Assembly: GCA_965214775.1 (NCBI GenBank)
Contig: OZ243974.1
Coordinates: 2,048,001 to 2,112,000 of the forward strand
Length of the DNA stretch: 64,000 nt
Direction: 5' to 3'
Origin: Nitrosopumilus sp.
Lineage (GTDB): Archaea; Thermoproteota; Nitrososphaeria; Nitrososphaerales; Nitrosopumilaceae
Shown: piece after piece, positions 41,486-51,634 of the stretch
Layout: each line of letters starts with the position of its first letter
Numbering within the stretch: the first letter of the stretch is position 1
Program-made: the position numbers and the translations under genes
The notes under the pieces: generated by a model
The model's database searches: none
What the model was told of the DNA's origin: nothing
What the model saw: only the letters and a program-made list of their open reading frames with translations

Positions 41486-42505
41486 TTGAAAAAAGCGATC
41501 AAAACATTGCATTCCATTGAAACGCGGTCTCTTGTAAAATCATTTGGAGATGTAACTGCAGTAAACGACGTGTCCTTTACAGTTGAAACCGGTGAAATTT
41601 TCGGATTCTTGGGTCCTAACGGAGCTGGCAAAAGCACTACCATGATGATTCTTACGACCCTGTTGATGCCGACTTCCGGAAAGGCGATGATCTCTGGGTT
41701 TGATGTAAGGCAGAATCCTCAAAAAGTTAGGGAAAGCATTGGATATGTCCAACAAGATACTGCCGTAGACGAATACCTGACAGGGCGGGAGAATCTGGTT
41801 CTTCAAGCAAGGCTAAACCACATTCCTATCCTGGAGATTGATTCTAGAATCGACGATGTCTTGGATTTGATAGAGTTGACCGACAAGCAAAACGAGGCAG
41901 TTGTGACCTATTCGGGAGGCATGCGAAAGCGGCTTGATATTGCAGGTGGTCTACTGCACCGTCCCAAAGTCCTGTTCTTAGATGAGCCCACCGTGGGCCT
42001 TGACATCCAAACCAGGCGCAAAATCTGGGAATACATCAAACAAATCCATGACGAGTTTGACATGACCATTTTTCTTACGACCCACTATATGGAAGAGGCA
42101 GACCAACTGTGTGACAGAATTGGAATTATCGACGGGGGGAAAATCCAGGTAATAGACTCTCCTCAAAACATGAAAAATGCAATGGGAAGCGAGATGATTT
42201 CCATAACCGTGGAAAATCAAGAGAATCTTGGGACAATTCAGTCAGAGTTTGAAAAACTGGAACATGTCTCAAAGGTTAACTGTGATCAGGGCAAGTTTTC
42301 CTTGTTTGCAACAGACGGCACGGGGGTAATACCAAAAATCTTCCAAATCTCAAATGAACTCTCTGTTACAATCACTTCTATTTCTCTAACAAGGCCTACG
42401 CTTGATGACGTCTTTATCTCGTATACGGGCCATGAAATTCGTGACGGTGATTCGGCCTACAATCCAAAACGGAGACATGCAAAAATCAGGAGGCTGCGCA
42501 TGTGA
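41486..42505 (+). CDS. ABC-2 exporter ATP-binding subunit (DrrA-like)
   Basis: GPNGAGKST, YSGGMRKRL, LDEPT and THYMEEA motifs. Confidence 0.95.
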   Translation: MKKAIKTLHSIETRSLVKSFGDVTAVNDVSFTVETGEIFGFLGPNGAGKSTTMMILTTLLMPTSGKAMISGFDVRQNPQKVRESIGYVQQDTAVDEYLTGRENLVLQARLNHIPILEIDSRIDDVLDLIELTDKQNEAVVTYSGGMRKRLDIAGGLLHRPKVLFLDEPTVGLDIQTRRKIWEYIKQIHDEFDMTIFLTTHYMEEADQLCDRIGIIDGGKIQVIDSPQNMKNAMGSEMISITVENQENLGTIQSEFEKLEHVSKVNCDQGKFSLFATDGTGVIPKIFQISNELSVTITSISLTRPTLDDVFISYTGHEIRDGDSAYNPKRRHAKIRRLRM

Positions 42506-43287
42506 TTGCCTTGATGTATGACACTTATACAATCTTTTGGAGGGAACTAAAGCGGTACAAAAAATCCAAAAGCGGAGTCTTAATCCGGTTAATCCAGCCC
42601 GCAATCTGGATCATTGTAATCGGCAATACTTTTTCAGGAACCCAGCCCTTGATTCAATCAGTTGGATTTGAAGGCGAATACATCGAGTTCATGGCACCGG
42701 GAGTCATAATCCTGACTGCAATCTTTACAAGCATCTTTGGGGGGGTCAACACTTTGTGGGACAGGCGCTACGGGTTCATGAACAAGGCGCTAACCTCTCC
42801 AATCTCGCGTTCTGCAATTGCGCTGGGAAAAATGTCTGCAATCTCACTGATTGCCGCATTGCAAGCCAGTCTGATTTTGGGGATTGCGCTGGCCATTGGG
42901 GTGACTTTTCCCAACCCGATAATGATTGTACCAATCATGGCAATTGTCATCTTGTTTTCTTTGGGATTTTCAGGGATATCCGTAATGGTCGCAGCTACTG
43001 CAAAGTCCCAGGAGACTTTTTGGGGCGTGATCAATTTTCTTGGAATGCCCCTGTTCATGCTCAGCCCAGCCCTGTTCCCCTTGGAATTGTTGCCTGACTG
43101 GCTTGCCGCAGTTGCAAAACTGAATCCTGTAACTTACACCGTTTTGCTTGTCCGCGAGATGATGACCGGGGTCTCTGAAGGTGAAATATCTGTAATTCTG
43201 AGCCTGGGAGTCATCTGCGTGTTTGTACTTGTGATGGTTGGACTTGCCAGCTACGTCTTTACGCACGAGGTAGACAAGCCGTTCTGA
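42502..43287 (+). CDS. ABC-2 type permease
   Basis: Six-TM pattern; FMAPG and NPVTY motifs. Confidence 0.92.
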   Translation: MIALMYDTYTIFWRELKRYKKSKSGVLIRLIQPAIWIIVIGNTFSGTQPLIQSVGFEGEYIEFMAPGVIILTAIFTSIFGGVNTLWDRRYGFMNKALTSPISRSAIALGKMSAISLIAALQASLILGIALAIGVTFPNPIMIVPIMAIVILFSLGFSGISVMVAATAKSQETFWGVINFLGMPLFMLSPALFPLELLPDWLAAVAKLNPVTYTVLLVREMMTGVSEGEISVILSLGVICVFVLVMVGLASYVFTHEVDKPF

Positions 43288-43358
43288 CATAAAGTTGACA
43301 AGAACTGCAACATTAGCTAACTCTGGTACTGTTTCTTAAACTTTGAAACTCACTATAG

Positions 43359-44924
43359 TTGAAACTGTTTCTGACGCTTTCAATATTTTCAGTACTTCTT
43401 CTAGCTAATTCTTTTGCCCAAAATTCGTCTGCAATGACTGATTATGAGGAAATTGGCAAGTGGGGCTCTCTTGGAACCCAGCCGGGAAAATTTGTCAATC
43501 CGCTGCAAATTGCAGTGGGCGAAGATGGCAGCGTCTATGTGAATGATCTGGGAACAAAAAGGGTTCAAAAATTCCAGAGCAGCGGCCATTACGTGCTTGA
43601 CTGGGGTTCTAGCGGAAAGCAATCCGGCGGATTTTACTATCCTGCAGGAATTGCAGTAAGCAGTGACGCTGTATTTGTTGCAGATAGGGACCTTCACAGA
43701 ATTCAAAAATTTAGCCTGGGTGGCGAATTTGTCCTCGAATGGGGACAGAAAGGAGGCTATGAGGGACAACTGTTCTTCCCAAACGACATCGCAATTTACA
43801 ACGATAAACTCTATGTGGTTGACACTGGCAATCAGCGCATTCAGGTATTCTCCGCTGAAGAAGGCCGGTTCCTTTATTCGTTTGGCTCAAGCGGTCTGGG
43901 TGAGGGACGATTTGTTGCACCTGTAGGAATTGCAGTCGATTTGGATGGCAATGTATATGTCACAGACAGAGGAAACAGCAAGATAGAAAAATTCTCTTCT
44001 GACGGCGTTTTTGCAAAGTCCCTTGCATATTATTACCATGAATACGCCTTTTCTCCTGAGGCAATCGCAGTTGATCCTAACGGCGACCTCTTTGTCGTAA
44101 ATTCCGCAAACGGCAGGATTCTGCATTTGTCGCCAGATTCCAGTCTGCTGTTAAGGCCCGTTGAAACGATTGGTCCATACCCTGACTCATTTGTCACTGT
44201 CTCTGACATTGAAATTGGGATCAACGGTGAGTTGTTAATCGTTGATTCCTCGGCAAACAAAATCCTCGTCTTTGAGACAGAATTTTATGAACAGTCCGCA
44301 GACGCAATTCCATATTTTGAACCTGTAATTGAGAGAGAGGTTCTTGATCAAACCAAACCTGATATCGCCGCTCCTGAATCTCTGATTGTTGAGGCAACCG
44401 GCAGGCTGACCAGCGTGGACATTGGAAACGCCACCGCATTTGACGAATACGGAATCAAGGCCATCATCAACAATGCCCCTGAATCGTTCTCCCCGGGAAT
44501 CTCCAATGTCATCTGGGTGGCCTTTGACAATACCGGTCACACATCAAGTGCTTACCAGACAGTAAACGTTGTTGCATGTGGCAAAAATGCTTCTGATTAC
44601 AATATCATTGAGGGAACCGAGTCTGATGACGTCATAGCTGGAACTGATGGCGATGACTTGATCTTTGGACTGTCTGGAAATGACATAATTTCAGGCGGAT
44701 TGGGAAATGACTGCATATATGGCGGTCCTGGAGATGACATTATTTCTGGAAACGGCGGCGATGACACCCTCAAAGGGGATTCTGGCAATGATGTTCTAAA
44801 AGGAGGCCCTGGATCTGATGTGATCTATTCTCATGCCGGCTCTGACGTGCTAAACGGCGGCACCTATCTTGATCGGTGTTATCCATACTCGGTGACTGAT
44901 GTCTTGGTAAACTGTGAAGAATAG
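43359..44924 (+). CDS. Secreted NHL-repeat protein with an HYR-like domain and RTX Ca-binding repeats
   Basis: P.GIAV..VYVTD..N.RIQ repeats; GGxGxD nonapeptides. Confidence 0.9.
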   Translation: MKLFLTLSIFSVLLLANSFAQNSSAMTDYEEIGKWGSLGTQPGKFVNPLQIAVGEDGSVYVNDLGTKRVQKFQSSGHYVLDWGSSGKQSGGFYYPAGIAVSSDAVFVADRDLHRIQKFSLGGEFVLEWGQKGGYEGQLFFPNDIAIYNDKLYVVDTGNQRIQVFSAEEGRFLYSFGSSGLGEGRFVAPVGIAVDLDGNVYVTDRGNSKIEKFSSDGVFAKSLAYYYHEYAFSPEAIAVDPNGDLFVVNSANGRILHLSPDSSLLLRPVETIGPYPDSFVTVSDIEIGINGELLIVDSSANKILVFETEFYEQSADAIPYFEPVIEREVLDQTKPDIAAPESLIVEATGRLTSVDIGNATAFDEYGIKAIINNAPESFSPGISNVIWVAFDNTGHTSSAYQTVNVVACGKNASDYNIIEGTESDDVIAGTDGDDLIFGLSGNDIISGGLGNDCIYGGPGDDIISGNGGDDTLKGDSGNDVLKGGPGSDVIYSHAGSDVLNGGTYLDRCYPYSVTDVLVNCEE

Positions 44925-45020
44925 GCAGGTTGATTGATTCTATATAGTTAATGGAGACGTATTGTTTTTTCGTAATCTATTATTGATATTTGTAAATAAA
45001 TTCTGAATCATGTAACTCCA

Positions 45021-46277
45021 ATGAAAACAAAGATGACATCGTTACTACTGCTGATTGCAACCCTGGTTGCAATAGTACCTCCGTTAAGCGCAAACGCAGA
45101 CTCGATGCCAGATGAACCAATGGATAATCTTGAATACAATCTAACTGGTGCCGGTGCAACATTCCCGTTCCCGCTGATTGATCTGTGGAGAGTTGAATAC
45201 AACAACTTGTACAACAACGTAAATCTGAACTATCAATCAATTGGAAGCGGCGGCGGAATCAAGCAGCACATTGAAAAGACCGTAAATTTTGCAGCCTCCG
45301 ACAAACCGATGAGCGAGTCTGAAAGTGAACTGGCCCCAGGCACACTGCATATTCCAGAATCGATTGGCGGCGTGGTTCTGGTTTACAACGTGCCTGAAGT
45401 TCCAAACAAAGGACTCAAACTGACTGCCGATGCAGTCGCAGGAATCTTTTTGGGAGAAATCACAAAATGGAATGATCCTGCCATTGCGTCAGAGAATCCC
45501 GGCTTGAATCTTCCGGACAAGGACATTGTAACTGCACATAGATCAGATGGCTCTGGAACTACCTTTATCTTCACTGACTATCTGTCAGTCGTTAGCCCTG
45601 CATGGGATGAACAAATTGGTAAGGGCAAATCCGTTCCATGGCCAAGCGGTCTGGCCGCTGCCGGGAACGAAGGAGTCGCAGGCATTGTAAAGTCCACAGA
45701 ATACTCGATTGGATACATTGAACTTGCCTACGCATTCCAGACTGGAATGGCATATGCTTCGGTTCAAAACGCTGACAAGTCTGCATTCGTTGAACCTACT
45801 TTGGAGAGCATCTCTGCTGCTTCAAGTGGCGTTGCAGACTCCCTGCCGGCAGCTGCTGACAGCTGGGTTGGCGTTTCATTGGTAAATGCACCGGGTGCCG
45901 ATTCATACCCTCTTGCAAGCTTTACATACCTCTTGGTGTATGATGATCTAAAGCCGGTAACTGACAACAAAGAACAGGCAAAGGCTGTAATCCACCTGAT
46001 TCATTGGATGATTACTGATGGTCAGGAATTCTCATCAAGCCTGCTCTATGTTCCTCTTGCCGATAGGGTAACTGAACTTGGCAAGGAAGGTCTGGGCCAA
46101 GTAACCTATGGTGGAGAATCCCTTTGGGACTATGAGGCATCTGCAGACTCGGGAAGCCTGGAAATTCCAAAATGGATTAGGGACAATGCAAAGTGGTGGT
46201 CAGAAGGACTGATCTCTGATCAGGACTACGTCAACGGACTGCAATTCCTCATTAAACAAGGAATTCTCAAAGTCTGA
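45021..46277 (+). CDS. pstS: Phosphate ABC transporter substrate-binding protein
   Basis: GAGATFP, YQSIGSGGG and RSDGSGTT motifs. Confidence 0.96.
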   Translation: MKTKMTSLLLLIATLVAIVPPLSANADSMPDEPMDNLEYNLTGAGATFPFPLIDLWRVEYNNLYNNVNLNYQSIGSGGGIKQHIEKTVNFAASDKPMSESESELAPGTLHIPESIGGVVLVYNVPEVPNKGLKLTADAVAGIFLGEITKWNDPAIASENPGLNLPDKDIVTAHRSDGSGTTFIFTDYLSVVSPAWDEQIGKGKSVPWPSGLAAAGNEGVAGIVKSTEYSIGYIELAYAFQTGMAYASVQNADKSAFVEPTLESISAASSGVADSLPAAADSWVGVSLVNAPGADSYPLASFTYLLVYDDLKPVTDNKEQAKAVIHLIHWMITDGQEFSSSLLYVPLADRVTELGKEGLGQVTYGGESLWDYEASADSGSLEIPKWIRDNAKWWSEGLISDQDYVNGLQFLIKQGILKV

Positions 46278-46302
46278 TCTTTTTCTTTTTTTTCTTTATT
46301 TT
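46278..46302 (+). terminator. Archaeal poly-T terminator after pstS
   Basis: TCTTTTTCTTTTTTTCTTTATTTT directly after the stop codon. Confidence 0.6.
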
Positions 46303-46331
46303 GTGATGGGATCCTGTCCCAAACTCCACAG

Positions 46332-46626
46332 AAAGCTGGTTCGAAATTAGCAAACTCTGATTATTTGCGAACGAATTTGCATAGAACGGCTCAAAACACC
46401 AGCAAAATACAAACTATCTGTGAAATTACATGAAAAATTCGCACGGTTTCTGATTTCGGATCACCTCTCAGAAATCTGGTTTGAAATCAGCAAATCCTGA
46501 TCATGCATAGACGAGCTTACATCGAATAGATCAATTCTTACAGGCCACAAGTTATCTGCGAAATTGCCTGACAAATGTACGAGAAAATCCTGGCACTTGC
46601 GCGGCTTCTAATTTCAAGTCAATTTT
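46332..46626. mobile_element. Two tandem ISL2 type-1 MITEs (46332-46468 and 46472-46626)
   Basis: Ends resemble the 1526/2684 TIRs; separated and flanked by CAG/CAG/CTG. Confidence 0.7.
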
Positions 46627-46955
46627 CTGCCTTGGTCTTGTCTGTATGGCGCGCATCGTGACGCATTGGAGGGTTTGGTACCCGTATAGTGATGACTGCA
46701 AGTCTTTGATCATCAAAAGGTGCATTTCTGGGAAATTCACACCCATGTGCGCTCAAACTTTTAATCATCGTTATGGGTGGTCACATACGGGACAAGGCCT
46801 AATTACGTTTTATGCGGTTATTCTCATTTCTTGTTGTTTCGTGATTTTAGAATTGCCGCAATACTATATAGCATTACGATAACTAACTATCTCAATATTC
46901 GGTTCGTAGAGAATTAGGATCAAGATTATATCGTGTTTTGAAAAACTGAATTTCA

Positions 46956-48560
46956 ATGACGACAAAAAACGTGATAACGACGACAACGACAACAACATTC
47001 AGCCTAGTTGCAATTCTTGCAATTGGAGCAATTGCCGAATTTAACAGCGCATTTGCAGAAGAAGAATCAACTACAAGATACAAGATGGCAGATGATATTG
47101 AGGCAATTCTGACATTTACCTTTAGAGATGGCGTAGAAGTACACAAATTCCCGGTTTTCAACATGGGTGAAAATTTTGTTGCTAACAGCGGAATCTCATT
47201 TCAAGTAGAAGGTATTCTGAATGAAGCCCCTCATTTGCACAAGGCACTAGACTATGCGTACCAATACCGGCTTCAAACTTCCGGCGGTTCTAGTTTCGAA
47301 TACGACTATAGGTATTTTGAAGTAGACGTCGACTTTGCCAGACATGGCAAGGTTATCAAAACCCTCAACTATCATGATTGTGGCATTGCCGACTATGAGG
47401 TAAAGACACTTAGAGACGACCAAGAAAGTTACATGTCCTCTAAGACTGGATTTGCAATAGTTGATCACATTGATTTCAATTGTGGTGGGCTAGACGGTAT
47501 TGATCCTGACGTATCTAATGTAAGGGCAACTGAAAGAACATACACTGACTTTGGCTCGCTTGACTACAAATTTGCAAATGATGTAAGGACAATCGTCACT
47601 TTTGATTTTGACGAGGGCGTAGAAAGAATCGAGTTCCCGTTCTTTGAGACAACCTCTGGATTTTCAGAAGATTTTGACAATGTTGCTGCTCAATTTGAGG
47701 TAGAAAGTGTTGTGGCAGATTATCCGTTGCTTTATGCAGCAATTGACAAGTCAAGGCAGGTTTCTGGAATTGCTACTGTATTCAACAATTACTTTGATGC
47801 ATTTGTTGAATTTACCAAAGACGGCGAGGTTCTTCGTGCCATTAACTATAGAGACTGTATCGTAGGTTCTGCTGAAATCAATACCTGGCAAGACAAGGAA
47901 GACGGCTATACTGGAAAATCTGGATTTGCAATGGTCAATCAAATCGGATTTGACTGTGCTGGACTGACTCCGGTCAATGATAATTTGGAATCATTGTATG
48001 GTGATGCGCCGATTTGGAAAACCAGACACGTATCCAACACTCTTCCTGCACATGAATTTCCAACTTCTGGAAACGTTCGTGCCATAGCTACATTTACCTT
48101 TGAAGACGGACAGGAATTTGTTGACTTTCCATTCTATGATCAAGGAGATGTTTTGGCAAAATCTAATCCGACATTCGTACTTGAGGGAATAGTAGGCGAC
48201 ACTCCTCTGCTCTATGATGTAATTGACGAAAATCTCAGCATCCAACGCCAGTCTGGAACAAACCCCGTATTGCAGTTATTCCAAGTTGACATTGAACTGG
48301 TTTCAGATGGAAGACATGTTCGTACGTTCAACTATAGCGATTGCAGGGTGACTGATTATGTTGTCGAGTCAGACCGCGATAAGGAAGACGGTTACTTTAA
48401 GGGATTTGCCTTGGCAAACATCATTGATTTTGAATGTTTGGGGTATCATCCAAACAATCCTGCCTATGATGCGATGTTTGAGGTGGAAAAAGCAAAGAAC
48501 ATCAAATCAAGTGACCTGAGAAACACCCAAGATTGGGGGGAAGACTTCTACGTACGGTAG
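46956..48560 (+). CDS. Secreted protein with three internal repeats of about 150-170 aa
   Basis: Signal peptide; F.F.DG.E...FP.F, NY.DC and F.C.G each occur three times. Confidence 0.85.
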   Translation: MTTKNVITTTTTTTFSLVAILAIGAIAEFNSAFAEEESTTRYKMADDIEAILTFTFRDGVEVHKFPVFNMGENFVANSGISFQVEGILNEAPHLHKALDYAYQYRLQTSGGSSFEYDYRYFEVDVDFARHGKVIKTLNYHDCGIADYEVKTLRDDQESYMSSKTGFAIVDHIDFNCGGLDGIDPDVSNVRATERTYTDFGSLDYKFANDVRTIVTFDFDEGVERIEFPFFETTSGFSEDFDNVAAQFEVESVVADYPLLYAAIDKSRQVSGIATVFNNYFDAFVEFTKDGEVLRAINYRDCIVGSAEINTWQDKEDGYTGKSGFAMVNQIGFDCAGLTPVNDNLESLYGDAPIWKTRHVSNTLPAHEFPTSGNVRAIATFTFEDGQEFVDFPFYDQGDVLAKSNPTFVLEGIVGDTPLLYDVIDENLSIQRQSGTNPVLQLFQVDIELVSDGRHVRTFNYSDCRVTDYVVESDRDKEDGYFKGFALANIIDFECLGYHPNNPAYDAMFEVEKAKNIKSSDLRNTQDWGEDFYVR

Positions 48561-48604
48561 CATATCTTTTTCTCTTTTTTCTTTTATTTCCATTTAGACG
48601 GTCT

Positions 48605-48861
48605 CAACCAAGTGAAATGTAAACTGGTTGTCGTTTCTGCCTTGTTGTTGAGGTGTCGTAGTGCGTACAGTTGAAAATCGAATATTTTTTTGGCAAAATA
48701 GATACGATGTGTCAAAATCATATTCCATTTTTTGATGTTGGTACTACGTACCTCTTGCCCAGTTTCTGTTTTTACTTGGTTTTTTGGCACATCTCAGCTG
48801 TGGGCCCAACATGGATAATATGGCGCCTGTTGCAGATGAGATTTGACATAATGTCTCTTAC
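48605..48861. mobile_element. Degenerate ISH3-type MITE followed by the terminal 62 nt or so of the IS110 leader
   Basis: CAACCAAGTGAAATGTA and TTCTGTTTTTACTTG match the MITE at 12431; 48800-48861 matches 27072-27133. Confidence 0.55.
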
Positions 48862-48867
48862 ATGACG

Positions 48868-50002
48868 TAGTATCTACGTCAGCCATTTGTTCATCTTTAC
48901 CACCTTTATCTCGCCCCTGCGCGTCATACTGCGCAGTGATCTCTGCATCTCCTTGACGGTCTTGTAAAGGCAGTTTGAAGTCGCCTTTTTGAACCCGCGC
49001 CACTGCCCCTCCGAGTTGTTAAGCTCCGGCGCGTACGGCGGCAGGTACTTTAGCACCACGTCCCCGTTCCACTTGGCCATCTTTCTATTGAGTTCTGCTG
49101 ACTTGTGGTACGATGCGTTGTCGACAAACAACAACACCTTGCCGTACTTGCGGCGCAGTGTCCTGAGAAACTTGTAGAACGTCCCCGTGTTGGCCTTTTC
49201 GTAAAAGCGATAGTCAAACCTGTTTCTTGAGAGGGCCCCTATGACATAGAACCGCTTCCTGGACAGGCTGACGGGCGTATAGACCGGCTCTCCTACGGGG
49301 TACCAGCTGTTCTTGACGTTCCATCCCAGTATGAACATGGACTCGTCGCCTATCATTACCGTGTACCCCTTTTTTGAATAGTACTTTGCGCTCTGCCTAG
49401 CTTTTTTTTTGAACTCCTTTTTCTCGGATTCTGAGGCTGATTTTGGGTGTTTTGGCCTGGGCTTTCTGCATGAGAAGCCGATTCTGTGCAGCAGGTCGTA
49501 CATGCTCGTTTCTGCATACGTGATGCCGAACTTCTTTTTGACGTGGGCAATGACCAGCGGCCCTGTCCATGTTGTGGCCTTAAAGCCGCAGTTGTCCGGG
49601 CCCTTGATCAGGTCTGCGCGCAGCCGTTCAAGCTGTTTCTTGTCGAGCCTGCACGGGGCGCCATGCTTTATGTCAAACCTGCCCTCCAGGCCATGCTTGT
49701 GCGCACGCACCAGCCAGTATCGTACGGTTCCATACGGCCTGCTCAGCTTCTCGGCAATATCATATATGCTCGCGCCGCACTTTCTCATGTGGTATGCAAG
49801 GAGCCGGATTGCCGCCTTGGCGTCCTTCTCGGACTTGTGCATCCTAAAAAGCTCGTCCTTGCTTGCTATCCCGTACAGGAACGCTGTTCCCGTCGGTAAT
49901 TCCTTCTTTCCTTTCATGTGTATATATGGGACTAATAGCTCTTAGATCCTTTGGTTGAAAAAAATTGTCCTTTTTGTGATCAATTGGTAGCCGAGGATAC
50001 TA
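48868..50002 (-). mobile_element. IS630-family element 1, copy A
   Basis: Ends TAGTATC/GATACTA flanked by CG; near-identical to 56307-57440. Confidence 0.92.
48874..49917 (-). CDS. IS630 transposase (in frame, A9 run)
   Basis: GDES, VDNASYH and YLPPYAPELNNSE motifs. Confidence 0.93.
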   Translation of the reverse strand: MKGKKELPTGTAFLYGIASKDELFRMHKSEKDAKAAIRLLAYHMRKCGASIYDIAEKLSRPYGTVRYWLVRAHKHGLEGRFDIKHGAPCRLDKKQLERLRADLIKGPDNCGFKATTWTGPLVIAHVKKKFGITYAETSMYDLLHRIGFSCRKPRPKHPKSASESEKKEFKKKARQSAKYYSKKGYTVMIGDESMFILGWNVKNSWYPVGEPVYTPVSLSRKRFYVIGALSRNRFDYRFYEKANTGTFYKFLRTLRRKYGKVLLFVDNASYHKSAELNRKMAKWNGDVVLKYLPPYAPELNNSEGQWRGFKKATSNCLYKTVKEMQRSLRSMTRRGEIKVVKMNKWLT

Positions 50003-51634
50003 CGGTACGACCTAATTTTCGTACAATAGACAACAAACTATAGCAAAATACATGCTTATATTATACAGGAACACATACCACGCATGACTCGTATCACGAT
50101 AACACCGCTTACACTTTTGACTTTACATAGGAAGTCTGAGGTGATGACAGCATGAAGACGACTATCGTCGTCGTCCCGTGCATGTTGCTTGGACTATGCA
50201 TTATTGCACTGTATGTGGCAGCTGTCGCCCCCGACGCGCCAAACGCACATGCCGCACCCGCATCCCCTGCCGAGCAGCTGAGATCCGGGGTGGCACCAGA
50301 CCAGGTCAGGTGCGGCGAGGGCAAGGTACTGGTGATCCGCCCCGGCGATAGGCCCGCATGCGTGAGCCCGTCCACGGCAGACCGGCTGGGACTCGAGCCG
50401 GTCGTACGCGCAGTGCCTGACAGGCCACAGAAAGTCGTCATGCAGGAGGACGGCCGCACACCAGATGATGCCGCCAACAACATAAACAATGCAGAAGACG
50501 GCAGGGTTCCGCGTCACTTTGTCACGTTCTTTCGCGGCGAGCCCATCGACGTGACTGTCATGGTGAGCCCCGACCGAACCGGATACTGGAGGGATGGAAC
50601 TACAAAGGCGGAGCTTGACGAGTTGGTAAGCAAGTTTGCAGAGCACCTGACCGGCCACTCCATAGTCAGGGATACCGTCACAGTCAGGACCCCGGAGGTG
50701 CGATCGTACGTGCCTGCAGAGTACGAGGAACCTGACGAGGACTCTGGCGCAAAGGCATACAACTTCCGCCATGGAACCGGCTCTGGCTGGTTCATATCCG
50801 ACAATACGTATGGGGGCAACTTTATAGACCACCAGGGGTGGGATGAGGGTTCAGTAAGGGTAATCAGGCATGACTATGTCGGGTTTCTGTCGGAGTTTAT
50901 GGACGCCATGGGCTTTGAGGGCTGGGGCTTTTACTGCCCACATGATGAATGCAAACACCAATTTGGCCATGATCACTTTGTGTACACGCTGATCAACGGG
51001 AAGACCTCCGATGAGAGAAGGTCCCATGCAGAAATACTGGACGAACACGGGCCGCATATGGGAACCATCGAATCATATCTTTCACATCTAAATATGGCGA
51101 GAGGACGTGTCAGTTCAGAATACAGTGATGAACACATGGAAACCAAACAAAGACTGGCGGACACGTACCCCACCGCAGAGGAGATCATCAACAACTATCC
51201 AAAGTACAAGGAGCACATGAGGGAGTACTTGGAACCGCGCACAACTCAGTACAAGGCCGAATACAACGGCACGGGCAGGATAGACTTCAAATTCGACTCC
51301 GGTTCCACCGTAATGCGTTTTAACGGATGGTCTGACTATCCCGTACCGGATCCCGTCCTGAACAGGACCGAGGCCATAAAGAGGGCGCTGGAGTTTGCTC
51401 GTACCGACGAATTCATGCTGGACAGGTGCGTCATCGACGTACCGGATAGATCCGAGGAGGACAGGCCGCGGTACATCTATCTCACACAAGTGGCATCTAC
51501 CCCTTTCTGGAATGTGGACGGGATCTCATGTAACAGCGGCCACGGTGTGCTGATATACGTGGATGCCCTAGACGGTAAGACCGTCTGGTTCAAAGGTGAT
51601 GGCCAAAGCACATCCAGCAAGAAAGCAAGGCAGT

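Noticed and set aside
46636-46800. Weak inverted repeats suggesting another MITE or an ncRNA
   Set aside because: Matches are short and imperfect, with no second copy or duplication in the window.
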